IMG/VR virus record: IMGVR_UViG_3300020205_002210
Span: 32,001 to 96,000 of that record
DNA length: 64,000 nucleotides
DNA from: a virus
Reading direction: 5' to 3' (one strand)
Shown here: positions 1-10,407 of the stretch, piece by piece
How positions within the stretch are numbered: the first letter of the stretch is position 1
Layout of the letters: the number at the start of each line of letters is the position of its first letter
Position numbers and translations under genes: made by a program
The notes under the pieces: model-generated
What the model saw: only the letters and a program-made list of their open reading frames with translations
Database searches by the model: none
What the model was told of the DNA's origin: nothing

Positions 1-516
1 GTTATTGAAGAGTTAAAACAAAATATTAATAAAGCTGATAATGAAACAATCCAAAACTTAAAAGTTAAGGTTGCGGAAAGTGAATTGAATGTATCCAATT
101 TAACCAATCAACTCACAGAGCTTAACAACAAATATAGAGACTATGATAGTGTAAGGAATCAGGCAACGCATGTCGATACCTTTAAGTCAGAATTGATTAG
201 AGCCAGAGAAGAAACGAATAAAACTCGCGGAGAACTGGAAGTAAAAATCAATTCTTTGATAAGTGAGAATAATGGTAAAATTGAAGCATTAAATGGTCAA
301 CATGAAAAGAATATTAGTTTACTGATACAAAAGCATGAAACTGAAAAGAGTGTATTCAACTCAAAGGTTGAAGAACTTGTTTCAAAAATTGAATACTTAC
401 AACTACCTCCTGCCAAAAGAAAAAAAATTGATGAGCTAAATAAAGAAGCAACACCAACCGTACTCACGGATTTGGTCGGTGTTGATGGCGTAATCAAAGA
501 TGGTGGAACGTTCTAA
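1..516 (+). CDS. Coiled-coil protein, 5' partial (frame open from base 1), ends in DGGTF
   Basis: Frame 1 is open from position 1 (VIEELKQNINK...) into the listed ORF; Glu/Lys/Leu heptad composition. Confidence 0.75.
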   Translation, partial: VIEELKQNINKADNETIQNLKVKVAESELNVSNLTNQLTELNNKYRDYDSVRNQATHVDTFKSELIRAREETNKTRGELEVKINSLISENNGKIEALNGQHEKNISLLIQKHETEKSVFNSKVEELVSKIEYLQLPPAKRKKIDELNKEATPTVLTDLVGVDGVIKDGGTF

Positions 517-520
517 GTAA

Positions 521-952
521 ATGTCAAACACAGCAATCCAGTTAAAAAAATCAGGCATAACAGGAAACACACCAAGTTCTTTATCGTTTGGTGAGGTTGC
601 ACTTAACTATGCCGATGGAAAGCTGTTTTATAAAAATGGACTTGGTGGTACATCATTCATCACCAACCAATTTTCTTTTGATACAATCAATGCTAACAAC
701 AGTTTGGTGTTGGCATCTGGTTATTCAGACACACTTTCGTTGGTTGCTGGTAATAATATTACCATCAGCACCAATACGACAACAAAAACAATCACATTCA
801 ATGCAACCTCAGGTGGCGATGTTGCGCCAGCATTTGAAAAGGCTAATGCGGCTTATATTCATGCCAATGCGGCTTTTGCAAAGGCAAACACGGGTACAAC
901 ATTATTGGATGTAGACTCTCAGATTGTTGCTTTCACTATCGCATTTAGTTGA
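521..952 (+). CDS. Short fibre/anchor protein with N-terminal IQLKKS...GEVALNYADGKLFYK motif (Mtd_N/hyaluronidase-fibre-like)
   Basis: Recognisable phage fibre N-terminal motif; ANAAF units; hydrophobic C-terminus IVAFTIAFS. Confidence 0.65.
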   Translation: MSNTAIQLKKSGITGNTPSSLSFGEVALNYADGKLFYKNGLGGTSFITNQFSFDTINANNSLVLASGYSDTLSLVAGNNITISTNTTTKTITFNATSGGDVAPAFEKANAAYIHANAAFAKANTGTTLLDVDSQIVAFTIAFS

Positions 953-955
953 CAC

Positions 956-963
956 GATAAATA
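956..963 (+). promoter_or_regulatory. T4-type late promoter variant
   Basis: GATAAATA in the intergenic gap before 984. Confidence 0.5.
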
Positions 964-983
964 TACAATATCAGGAAATTTAA

Positions 984-1310
984 ATGGCAAATGTTTTTAA
1001 AAATCAACTTCAAGCTGCGGTAGGCACATCACCCGTAACAATATATACGGCAGGTGCCGGTGTTTCCACGACTGTCATTGGTATGACTATCGCAAACATA
1101 TTGAATGTACCTATAACAGCAAATGTTATTGTAACTTCTTCATCTTCAGATTACTATATGGTTAAGATGGCAACTATCGATCCGGGAAGTTCACTAATCA
1201 CAATTGGTGGTGAACAAAAGCTTGTTCTGGAAGCCACAGATTCACTTAAAGTATCTACAAGCAACGCATCGGCAGCTGATGTAATTCTAAGTCTGTTGGA
1301 AATAACGTAA
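984..1310 (+). CDS. Small virion adaptor-like protein (paralog 1)
   Basis: 108 aa, beta-rich; shares the I..AN / I.PG.S / L...D.L.V pattern with 5431, 7894 and 10035; SD caggaa. Confidence 0.7.
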   Translation: MANVFKNQLQAAVGTSPVTIYTAGAGVSTTVIGMTIANILNVPITANVIVTSSSSDYYMVKMATIDPGSSLITIGGEQKLVLEATDSLKVSTSNASAADVILSLLEIT

Positions 1311-1311
1311 C

Positions 1312-4300
1312 ATGAAGTTCTCCTATATCGGCAACCAGGAAAACAAAGATGTAAGAATAGCGGGTTCGTATGCGAACTCTGCATTCTCACACGCTAATGC
1401 TGCTTTCCTTGCGGCCAACACTAGTGGTGGTGGTTCAGTAAGTGTTGGAACAATAGCAATAACTGTTGACAACTTTACATCAAACGGTAATACGACCACA
1501 TACACATTAAGTACAACACCAACAGCTGAGCAATATGTAACAGTTGGTGTTGATGGTTTAACTCAATTTCGTAATACATACAACACTTCCGGCAACATAA
1601 TAACATTTGATTCCGTATTCGAAAACGGAGCAAACATAGAAGTCACAACAATAACATCAGCTATTGCTGTAGAGACTTCTGCGAATACAACAAATGCGGC
1701 CTTTGCAGTTGCAAATAGTGCTGCACAATATGCTAATGCGGCTTTCGTACAAGCCAATGCTGCATTTGCAGTTGCTAATTCTGGTTCAGGTGCAGCATCA
1801 GCTGGGTTATATGCTAATGCGGCTTTCATTCAAGCGAACACAGCCATAGATAATGCTGCTAGTGCAAGTCTATATGCTAATGCTGCGTTCTTAGCAGCCA
1901 ATAATGCTGTTGATACTTGGGTTAGAGATGCTGCTAATGCTGCCAGTTCTTATGCAAACTCAGCGTATACACAGGCAAACACTGCAACTACAAATGCAGC
2001 AACAGCAGATAATAAAGCTGTAACATCTGGTTCATATGCTAATGCATCATTCTTACATGCCAATGCTGCCTTTGCTGTTGCTAATTCTGGTTCAGGTGCA
2101 GCGTCAGCTGGATCATACGCTAATGCGGCTTTCATACAAGCCAATAGTGCATATGAATTGGCAAATGCTGTTGCAGGTGGAGGCACACTACTAATTCAAA
2201 CTGACAATTTTACTGCAAACGGAAACACAACTACCTTTGGGTTAAGTGTAGTACCTGTTTCTGAAGCCTATGTAACAGTTGGTTTAAATGGTCTAACTCA
2301 ATTTCGTAATACATATACTATCACCGGTAATATAATAACCTTCGATTCCGTATTTGAAAACGGATCAAACCTGGAAATTACCACAATCTCTGGTGCTGGC
2401 ATTACAGTGTTGGCGTCAGCAAATAATACTAATGCTGCTTTCTTGCAAGCAAATGCGGCCTTCCTTGCGGCTAATAATGCAATAGATACATGGGTTAGAG
2501 GTGCTGCCAATTCAGCTGGTCAATACGCAAACTCAGCTTACACTCAGGCAAATACAGCAACTACTAATGCATCAACAGCCGATGGTAAGGCAGTAACTGC
2601 TGGTTCATATGCTAATGCGGCCTTCTTACAAGCAAACACAGCAACCAATGATGCAGCTAGTGCAAGTTTGTATGCCAATGCTGCGTTCTTAGCAGCCAAT
2701 AATGCTGTTGATACTTGGGTTAGAGATGCTGCTAATGCAGCCGGTTCATATGCCAATTCAGCATATACACAGGCAAACACCGCAACCACTAATGCATCAA
2801 TAGCTGATGGTAAAGCGGTAACATCCGGTGTGTATGCAAATTCGGCTTTCTTACATGCCAATGCTGCCTTTGCTATTGCAAATTCTGGTTCAGGCGCAGC
2901 TTCGGCTGGCACTTATGCGAATGCGGCTTTTATACAAGCCAACAGTTCATATGAATTGGCGAATACTATTGCGAGTGGTGGAACATTATATATTAATGTA
3001 GACAACTTTACATCAAACGGCAATACGACCACATATACTTTAGGTGTGACACCGGTAACCGAATCACATGTAACGGTTGGTGTTGATGGTCTTGTTCAAT
3101 TTCGCAACACATATTCAGTTGTTGGCAACATAATAACATTTGATTCCGTATTTGAAAACGGAGCAAATCTAGAAATTACGACATTATCTGGTACTGGTAT
3201 CACAGTATTAAATTCTGCAAATAATACCAATGCTGCTTTCCTGCAATCTAACGCCGCATTTATACACGCCAACGCGGCCTTCGCTGTTGCCAATTCTGGT
3301 TCAGGCGCAGCGTCAGCTGGTTCATATGCTAATGCGGCTTTCATACAAGCCAATACAGCAATATCAAATGCTGCTAGTGCAAGTCTATATGCTAATGCGG
3401 CTTTCATACAAGCCAATGCGGCCTTCACCGCAGCTAACAATGCAGTAGATACATGGGTTCGTGATGCTGCTAATGCAGCCAGTTCTTATGCAAATTCAGC
3501 TTATACACAGGCCAATACAGCAACAACGAATGCTGCTACAGCTGACAACAAAGCAGTTACATCTGGTTCATATGCTAATGCTGCCTTTTCCCAAGCAAAC
3601 ACTGCAACTACAAATGCAGCTACAGCAGATGATAAGGCAGTTACGGTTGGTTCATATGCTAACTCCGCATTCACTAGAGCCAACAACTCTTTAAACATTA
3701 CCACCGGTGGTACAGTTACTGGTGATATTGTTGTTACTGGTAACTTAACAATTCAAGGTCAACAGACCTATGCAAACACACAAACAGTATTAATTGCAGA
3801 TAATATTATTACTCTTAATGCCGCTATAGATCAAGCTTCGGCGCCGGCGTTTAATGCTGGTATTGAAGTTGACCGAGGTTCTTCTGCAAACACATCTTTA
3901 CTTTGGAACGAATCAACGGACAAATGGGTTGCGACCAATGACGGTACAAATTATTTTAATCTTGCTTCTGATGCTGCCGAATCTTATGCCAACTCCGCAT
4001 ACACTCAAGCGAATACAGCTACGACTAATGCTGCAACAGCTGATGGTAAAGCAGTAACATCTGGTTTGTATGCCAATGCAGCTTTCATTCAAGCAAACAC
4101 AGCCATAGATAATGCTGCTAGTGCAAGTCTATATGCAAATGCAGCATTTTTAAAAGCAAATAATGCTACTGATACATGGGTAAGAGATGCAGCCAATGCT
4201 GCTAGTTCTTACGCAAACTCTGCTTATAGTCAAGCGAATACGGCTACGACAAATGCGGCTACAGCTGACAACAAAGCTGTAACATCTGGAACATATGCTA

Positions 4301-5421
4301 ACTCGGCTTTCTTACATGCTAATGCGGCTTTTGCGGCCGCGAATGCCACTGGAGGTAGTGGAACATTATTAATACAAACCGACAACTTCACATCAAACGG
4401 TAATACAACAACCTACACTTTAGGTATAACACCGGCATCTGAAGCTCATGTAACGGTTGGTGTTGATGGTTTAACACAATTTCGTAATACATATAATATT
4501 GTTGGTAATATAATAACTTTTGATTCCGTGTTTGAGAACGGAGCAAATTTAGAAATTACCACATTGTCTGGTGCTGGCATTACAGTATTGGAATCTGCAA
4601 ACAATACCAACGCAGCATTTATACATGCTAATGCTGCCTTTGCAGTTGCCAATTCTGGTTCAGGTGCAGCATCAGCTGGGTTATATGCCAATGCTGCATT
4701 CTTGCAAGCGAATACGGCAACCACCAATGCTGCTGGAGCAAGTTTGTATGCCAATGCTGCATTCATACAAGCTAATGCAGCATTCACAGCAGCCAATAAT
4801 GCTGTTGATACTTGGGTAAGAGATGCTGCTAATGCTGCCAGTTCTTACGCTAACTCCGCTTTTCTTGCTGCAAATACAGCCGACTCAAAAGCAGTAACAG
4901 CTGGTTCATATGCTAACTCATCATACACACAAGCCAATACCGCTACAACCAATGCATCAATAGCCGATGGTAAGGCAGTAACTGCTGGTTCATATGCTAA
5001 TGCAGCATTTTTGCAAGCCAATGCGGCCTTCACTGCTGCTAATAATTCTACAGACACTTGGGTCCGAGGTGCTGCTAATGCAGCCAGTTCTTACGCGAAC
5101 TCTGCATATACTCAGGCCAATACTGCTACAATAAATGCATTAGCTGCATCCACTTATGCTAACTCGGCATACGCTAAGGCCAACTCAATTTCTTCCGGGA
5201 TTACATTTACAGCCAACTCTGGTGTTCCTGTTTATGCAAATGTTGGTGACCAGTGGTGGTCAACCACCGATGATATACTCTATGAATATATAAATGATGG
5301 TACTTCAAATGTTTGGGTTGATATGTCATCTTCTGCCATAACAAGTACATCTGTTGCTTCATCTTCATCTTCAATAAATAATGCAAGGACTATCATTAAT
5401 GCATATGTCTTTGGATCTTAA
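1312..5421 (+). CDS. Long fibre protein with ANAAF coiled-coil repeats and four FTSNGNTTTYTL beta domains
   Basis: 1369 aa; recurrent YANAAF.QANTA units; N-terminal YIGNQ motif; GDQWW...WVD fibre motif; C-terminus YVFGS. Confidence 0.8.
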   Translation: MKFSYIGNQENKDVRIAGSYANSAFSHANAAFLAANTSGGGSVSVGTIAITVDNFTSNGNTTTYTLSTTPTAEQYVTVGVDGLTQFRNTYNTSGNIITFDSVFENGANIEVTTITSAIAVETSANTTNAAFAVANSAAQYANAAFVQANAAFAVANSGSGAASAGLYANAAFIQANTAIDNAASASLYANAAFLAANNAVDTWVRDAANAASSYANSAYTQANTATTNAATADNKAVTSGSYANASFLHANAAFAVANSGSGAASAGSYANAAFIQANSAYELANAVAGGGTLLIQTDNFTANGNTTTFGLSVVPVSEAYVTVGLNGLTQFRNTYTITGNIITFDSVFENGSNLEITTISGAGITVLASANNTNAAFLQANAAFLAANNAIDTWVRGAANSAGQYANSAYTQANTATTNASTADGKAVTAGSYANAAFLQANTATNDAASASLYANAAFLAANNAVDTWVRDAANAAGSYANSAYTQANTATTNASIADGKAVTSGVYANSAFLHANAAFAIANSGSGAASAGTYANAAFIQANSSYELANTIASGGTLYINVDNFTSNGNTTTYTLGVTPVTESHVTVGVDGLVQFRNTYSVVGNIITFDSVFENGANLEITTLSGTGITVLNSANNTNAAFLQSNAAFIHANAAFAVANSGSGAASAGSYANAAFIQANTAISNAASASLYANAAFIQANAAFTAANNAVDTWVRDAANAASSYANSAYTQANTATTNAATADNKAVTSGSYANAAFSQANTATTNAATADDKAVTVGSYANSAFTRANNSLNITTGGTVTGDIVVTGNLTIQGQQTYANTQTVLIADNIITLNAAIDQASAPAFNAGIEVDRGSSANTSLLWNESTDKWVATNDGTNYFNLASDAAESYANSAYTQANTATTNAATADGKAVTSGLYANAAFIQANTAIDNAASASLYANAAFLKANNATDTWVRDAANAASSYANSAYSQANTATTNAATADNKAVTSGTYANSAFLHANAAFAAANATGGSGTLLIQTDNFTSNGNTTTYTLGITPASEAHVTVGVDGLTQFRNTYNIVGNIITFDSVFENGANLEITTLSGAGITVLESANNTNAAFIHANAAFAVANSGSGAASAGLYANAAFLQANTATTNAAGASLYANAAFIQANAAFTAANNAVDTWVRDAANAASSYANSAFLAANTADSKAVTAGSYANSSYTQANTATTNASIADGKAVTAGSYANAAFLQANAAFTAANNSTDTWVRGAANAASSYANSAYTQANTATINALAASTYANSAYAKANSISSGITFTANSGVPVYANVGDQWWSTTDDILYEYINDGTSNVWVDMSSSAITSTSVASSSSSINNARTIINAYVFGS

Positions 5422-5430
5422 GGAATAAAC

Positions 5431-5787
5431 ATGGCATTAAATCTAGCCAATACAATAACAATAACGGCCAAAACGGCACTGGTTAATGTTACAACTGTTT
5501 CCGCAAATGTACTAAGTAACGCAACAAGTAGTGGACAGATTCACAAAATTAACACTATCATGTTTAATAATTATGGTGTTACGAATATCACTGCAAATCT
5601 TACAATTAATCGCAGCGCTGTTGGTGATTTTTATGTTGCTAGACTCATAACAGTTCCAGCTAGTTCTATTTTAACTGTTATTGCCAAAGACAATGCAATT
5701 TATTTGGAAGAAGGTGACACACTACAAGCACATGGTTCTGCAAATTCATCAATGCATTTGATCGTTGGTCACGAACTACTGAGTTAA
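5431..5787 (+). CDS. Small adaptor-like protein (paralog 2)
   Basis: 118 aa; INTIMFNN, ITVPASS and IYLEEGDTL motifs; SD aggaa. Confidence 0.75.
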   Translation: MALNLANTITITAKTALVNVTTVSANVLSNATSSGQIHKINTIMFNNYGVTNITANLTINRSAVGDFYVARLITVPASSILTVIAKDNAIYLEEGDTLQAHGSANSSMHLIVGHELLS

Positions 5788-5788
5788 C

Positions 5789-6820
5789 ATGAGAACAAGA
5801 TCAAATTATGGTGTAACCGGTTCAGCAGTAACACTTTCCGCAGCAAGCACCGGTGGTTTTTTTGGTTCGGAAGATTTGCGTTTAGGTAGATTGAATAGTG
5901 TTTGGCCAGAAATATTTATTCCTGTTGTGTCGGCGGTAGAGTATCTTGTAGTAGCTGGCGGCGGCGGCGGCGGTGGATGGATAGGCGGCGGAGGCGGGGC
6001 GGGTGGATTTAAAACCGCAACAGGATTTTCAGTAAGTGCTGGAACACCTATAACTATCACGGTTGGTGCCGGCGGCGGCGCGGGCACCGGAGCTCCCGGC
6101 GGACAAGGTAACCCTGGTATAGTGGGAAGCAATTCAGTATTTTCATCTATCACTAGCTTGGGTGGAGGATATGGAGCTTCTGCGATTGGTTCATCCGGTG
6201 GTACCGGTGGCTCAGGCGGCGGCGGGGCCGATTCTGGTAGTTCATCCGTTGCCGGCGGCGGCGGATTAGGAACAGCTGGCCAAGGTAATAACGGCGGCGG
6301 CGGAATCGATGGCTCTGGCGGCGCGGCTGGTGGCGGCGGGGGAGCCGGCGCAGCAGGCTCGATTGCTGTCGCTGCTACTTATCCTTCAGGTGCTAATGGT
6401 GGTATAGGTTTACAATCTTCAATATCAGGAACATCAACATATTATGCCGGCGGCGGAGGAGGAGGTACTTTTTCTGGACCAAGCACTACCGCCGGCAACG
6501 GTGGATCAGGTGGCGGTGGTGGAGGGAGTAGCCGTACAGGTTCATCTGGCGGCACAGGAGGTATCAACGGCGGCCAAAATGGTGGAATTGGTGTAGTTGC
6601 TGGTGCTGGTGGAATTAATTCTGGTGGTGGCGGTGGCGGCGGTAACGGCGCGGGTTCTTTTGTTACTGATAATGGAGGCGCCGGCGGTTCCGGTATAGTA
6701 ATATTGCGTTATCTTGATGCATATGCAGCAGCCACATCAACCACAGGTTCACCAACAATCACAACCGCTGGTGGTTATAGGATATATAAGTTTACTAGTT
6801 CTGGTTCGATAACCTTTTAA
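5789..6820 (+). CDS. Glycine-rich tip/adhesin-like protein
   Basis: VEYLVVAGGGGGG ... GGSGIVILRY ... YKFTSSGSITF; N-terminal WP peptide. Confidence 0.75.
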   Translation: MRTRSNYGVTGSAVTLSAASTGGFFGSEDLRLGRLNSVWPEIFIPVVSAVEYLVVAGGGGGGGWIGGGGGAGGFKTATGFSVSAGTPITITVGAGGGAGTGAPGGQGNPGIVGSNSVFSSITSLGGGYGASAIGSSGGTGGSGGGGADSGSSSVAGGGGLGTAGQGNNGGGGIDGSGGAAGGGGGAGAAGSIAVAATYPSGANGGIGLQSSISGTSTYYAGGGGGGTFSGPSTTAGNGGSGGGGGGSSRTGSSGGTGGINGGQNGGIGVVAGAGGINSGGGGGGGNGAGSFVTDNGGAGGSGIVILRYLDAYAAATSTTGSPTITTAGGYRIYKFTSSGSITF

Positions 6821-6829
6821 GAAAAATAG

Positions 6830-7882
6830 ATGGCTTTTCCAACAACACCAACAAACGGACAAACAGCTTCTGTCAATGGTATTACATACCAATACAGTAC
6901 AACAAAGACTGCGTGGACTGTTGTACCAAATACATTGTTGGTACAAGCTAATGCGGCTTTTATACAAGCAAATGCAGCCTTCACACAGGCTAATACTGCA
7001 ACAAATAATGCTGCTGGAGCAAGCCTTTATGCCAATGCTGCATTCTTGGCAGCCAATAATTCGACAGATACCTGGGTAAGAGGTGCTGCTAATGCTGCCA
7101 GTTCTTATGCTAACTCTGCTTATACGCAGGCAAATACAGCAACCACTAATGCATCGGTGGCCGATGATAAAGCGGTATCTTCTGGAGTTTATGCCAACGC
7201 TGCTTTTATACAAGCTAATACAGGTACAACTAATGCTGCTGGTGCAAGTCTATATGCAAACGCAGCCTTCTTACAAGCCAATACGGCAACCAATAACGCT
7301 GCTGGAGCAAGTTTATATGCTAATGCTTCCTTTCTGCAAGCCAATACTGCTGCGACAAATGCAATAAGTGCTGGGCTATATGCTAATGCAGCATTCTTAG
7401 CAGCTAACAATGCAGTAGATACATGGGTTCGTGATGCTGCTAATGCAGCCAGTTCGTATGCGAACTCAGCATACACGCAGGCAAATACAGCAACAACGAA
7501 TGCTGCTACAGCTGACGGCAAAGCAGTAACATCTGGTTCATATGCAAACTCTGCATTCTTACATGCTAATGCTGCCTTTGAGGCAGCCAACACAGGTGGT
7601 GGTACACCAGTTAGTGTAACGACCAACAAGTTTACTGCGAATGGTTCAACAAGTACATTTAATTTAACTGTAACACCAGATAATGAAAATCTAGTTACTG
7701 CCGTTGTTGATGGTATTGTTCAACTTAGAGATACATATATACTATCAGGCAGCACCATTCAATTCGATTCAACAATTTATGCCAACGCAAATGTTGAAAT
7801 AACCACAATTAGTGGTGGTGGTGGAGGAGGCGGAGGTGCATCTTTTGGTCTAGGTTTAATAACATCTTTAATATTCAGATAA
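6830..7882 (+). CDS. ANAAF-repeat fibre protein
   Basis: N-terminal FPTTPTNGQT fibre motif, ANAAF repeats, one FTANGSTSTF domain, hydrophobic C-terminus LITSLIFR. Confidence 0.75.
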   Translation: MAFPTTPTNGQTASVNGITYQYSTTKTAWTVVPNTLLVQANAAFIQANAAFTQANTATNNAAGASLYANAAFLAANNSTDTWVRGAANAASSYANSAYTQANTATTNASVADDKAVSSGVYANAAFIQANTGTTNAAGASLYANAAFLQANTATNNAAGASLYANASFLQANTAATNAISAGLYANAAFLAANNAVDTWVRDAANAASSYANSAYTQANTATTNAATADGKAVTSGSYANSAFLHANAAFEAANTGGGTPVSVTTNKFTANGSTSTFNLTVTPDNENLVTAVVDGIVQLRDTYILSGSTIQFDSTIYANANVEITTISGGGGGGGGASFGLGLITSLIFR

Positions 7883-7893
7883 ACGGATAAAAA

Positions 7894-8250
7894 ATGGCAA
7901 ATCCAAATTTATACACTGCAACAACGATAACTGCTAATACATTGACTGCAGCATTAACGACAACATCAACCACACAAATATTGGCCGGTTCTGCAAATCA
8001 GGTTAGAAAAATAAATACGATTATCATTGCAAACATTAACGGTGTTAACTCTGCTAGTTGCAACGTAAGTTATTTTGATGGTACTAATGATCGTGCATTT
8101 GCCAGCCAAGTTTCTATTCCAGCAGGCGCATCTGTGGTTTTAATTGATAGAAACAGTGGTTTCTATATCACAGAAGGCCAAGAAATTAGGGGTGGAGCAA
8201 GTTTAAATAGTTATTTGACTGCGCTTGTAAGTTATGAAACACTTGGTTAA
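7894..8250 (+). CDS. Small adaptor-like protein (paralog 3)
   Basis: MANPN start; INTIIIAN, VSIPAGAS and FYITEGQEI motifs. Confidence 0.75.
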   Translation: MANPNLYTATTITANTLTAALTTTSTTQILAGSANQVRKINTIIIANINGVNSASCNVSYFDGTNDRAFASQVSIPAGASVVLIDRNSGFYITEGQEIRGGASLNSYLTALVSYETLG

Positions 8251-8259
8251 AGGTAAAAA

Positions 8260-9411
8260 ATGCCTAGAATAAATGGCGGAATTATTGGTAAATCAAATAG
8301 ACCCGAATTTTATAAATCTGGAGGCATCTGGACATTATCGGATGTTGAGTTATCAAGACGCATTGGACAGTGGCCGTTAGCTATTGGTAATATTTCTATT
8401 GGTGTAGCGCAAGGCACATCACCATATATACAAATATATCCATGGACCACCGGTACAGGATTTGGCGCTAAGTATGCGGATCCAGCTACATTACCCACTG
8501 GTGTTGGGAATGGAATAGATTTCAGTCCTAGTGGATCAGATGTTGGTGTTGCTCATACTACTACACCTTTTGTCTCTATATATCCATGGAGTAGTATTGG
8601 ATTTGGTACCAAGTATGCTAACCCAGTTACATTGCCGTCGAGCGCTGGCCAAGGAATAAATTTCAGTCCTAGTGGATCGGATGTTGGTGTTGCTCATACT
8701 ACTACACCTTTTGTGGCTATATATCCGTGGACCACTGGTACAGGATTTGGTACCAAGTATGCTAACCCATCTACATTGCCCGCCAGTCACGGCCAAGGAA
8801 TAAATTTCAGTCCTAGTGGAACAGATGTTGGTGTTGCACATCAGAGTTCACCTTATGTCTCCATATATCCATGGACCACTGGTACAGGATTTGGTACCAA
8901 GTATGCTAACCCAGCTACATTGCCGCCGAACAATGGCAATGCCGTGAATTTCAGTCCTAGTGGAACAGATGTAGGTATTGCCAATTCAACCACGACACCT
9001 TATGTCGGCATATATCCATGGACCACTGGTACAGGATTTGGTACGAGGTATGCTAACCCAGGTACATCACCTGGTGATAGCGTAAATGGAATTAATTTCA
9101 GTCCTAGTGGATTAGATGTGGCTTTGGCCGGCGCCGCAAGCCCATATTTATTTTTATATCCATGGACCACCGGTACAGGATTTGGTACCAAGTATGCTAA
9201 CCCAGCTACACTACCCTCCGGAGCAACCGGATACGATGTATCTTTCAGTCCTTATGGAAATGATATTGCATATGTAAATGGAACAGTAACACCAAGTATA
9301 TCCGTATATCCATGGATTTCGGGTACAGGATTTGGCACCAAGTATGCTAATCCGAACATTGCCACTTCTAGCACAGTGAACTCGGTGTCTTTTGCTGCGC
9401 TTGCAGCTTAA
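8260..9411 (+). CDS. Seven-repeat WD40-like beta-propeller tip protein
   Basis: Seven repeats of about 48 aa (IYPWTTGTGFGTKYANP...FSPSG.D); N-terminal GQWP peptide. Confidence 0.75.
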   Translation: MPRINGGIIGKSNRPEFYKSGGIWTLSDVELSRRIGQWPLAIGNISIGVAQGTSPYIQIYPWTTGTGFGAKYADPATLPTGVGNGIDFSPSGSDVGVAHTTTPFVSIYPWSSIGFGTKYANPVTLPSSAGQGINFSPSGSDVGVAHTTTPFVAIYPWTTGTGFGTKYANPSTLPASHGQGINFSPSGTDVGVAHQSSPYVSIYPWTTGTGFGTKYANPATLPPNNGNAVNFSPSGTDVGIANSTTTPYVGIYPWTTGTGFGTRYANPGTSPGDSVNGINFSPSGLDVALAGAASPYLFLYPWTTGTGFGTKYANPATLPSGATGYDVSFSPYGNDIAYVNGTVTPSISVYPWISGTGFGTKYANPNIATSSTVNSVSFAALAA

Positions 9412-9432
9412 TTATTTAAAAAGGAAAATAAA

Positions 9433-9807
9433 ATGAGTTTTTATACTATTACGGAACAGAAAAAATTTGAAGCAATCGCAGATGCGGTTGTTGGTCGAGA
9501 AGAAGAAATTTTTAGTTACGATATAAATATCACTAACTATGAAACAATGTTGATAACACTACCAGAAGGAGAATGGCCGCAACATCTCGTTCAGTATCAG
9601 AGATCAACACTGGATCAGGTACCCGATGAATACGATCAAACAGTTTCAGACTACCAATACAGAGATAGGATCAAGAGTCTTTTAAAAACCGAAAGACTTG
9701 AAAGAAGTAAATCTTTCAAGGTTTATGAAGCACTTCTATCTCAACTTCCAGAAAACCAGAAAGAATCTTTAATTGCTGCTGCTGTACAAAAAAGATTGTC
9801 ACAGTAA
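9433..9807 (+). CDS. Hypothetical helical protein following the propeller tip
   Basis: 124 aa, strong SD aaggaa, charged helical composition. Confidence 0.7.
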   Translation: MSFYTITEQKKFEAIADAVVGREEEIFSYDINITNYETMLITLPEGEWPQHLVQYQRSTLDQVPDEYDQTVSDYQYRDRIKSLLKTERLERSKSFKVYEALLSQLPENQKESLIAAAVQKRLSQ

Positions 9808-9841
9808 TTTTGATTGACATTCTTAAAAAGAACCACATAAA

Positions 9842-10033
9842 ATGCCGACAAAGCTTTCGCCTTCAAACTTAGATGAAACCCAAAACTTTTCAGCTTTGGT
9901 TCCTTCGGTATTCCAAGCAGCAAACGCAGCCTTCTTACAAGCAAACGCAGCCTTCCTACAAGCTAACACAGGTGGTGGCGGTGGAACCAGTTCAGCTGCA
10001 GCGGCAGGTTACTCATTAATATTCGGGGGATAA
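9842..10033 (+). CDS. 63-aa minimal connector: shared N-terminal peptide, ANAAF units, hydrophobic C-terminus
   Basis: N-terminus matches 11841 and 18830; ends GYSLIFGG one base before the next adaptor. Confidence 0.65.
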   Translation: MPTKLSPSNLDETQNFSALVPSVFQAANAAFLQANAAFLQANTGGGGGTSSAAAAGYSLIFGG

Positions 10034-10034
10034 C

Positions 10035-10406
10035 ATGGCAGCACCAAATTTAATCGGCGCAACAACAATCAATGGTAAAACAACCGGTGCAAACCTAACG
10101 AGCACAGCTGCAACTACAGTGTTGAATAATCCAGCAAGTTCAGGTAAGTGTTTGAAAGTGAACACAGTCAATGCTTGTAACTATGGTGCAGCAGTAGCAA
10201 ATGTAACAATAGGTTATTATACTGGTGCAAATGTGGGTGGAGTACAATTTCAAATTGCGGGAAATATTAGTGTACCTGGAAATAGTACATTAAATGTGAT
10301 TGATAAATCTAGTCAATATTATCTAGAAGAAGGTACTAGTTTAGGAGCCACTGTAGGCACAGCCAATACAATCATTGTAACTTGCAGTTATGAGGATATA
10401 AGTTAA
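10035..10406 (+). CDS. Small adaptor-like protein (paralog 4)
   Basis: MAAPNL start; VNTVNACN, ISVPGNS and YYLEEGTSL motifs. Confidence 0.75.
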   Translation: MAAPNLIGATTINGKTTGANLTSTAATTVLNNPASSGKCLKVNTVNACNYGAAVANVTIGYYTGANVGGVQFQIAGNISVPGNSTLNVIDKSSQYYLEEGTSLGATVGTANTIIVTCSYEDIS

Positions 10407-10407
10407 C

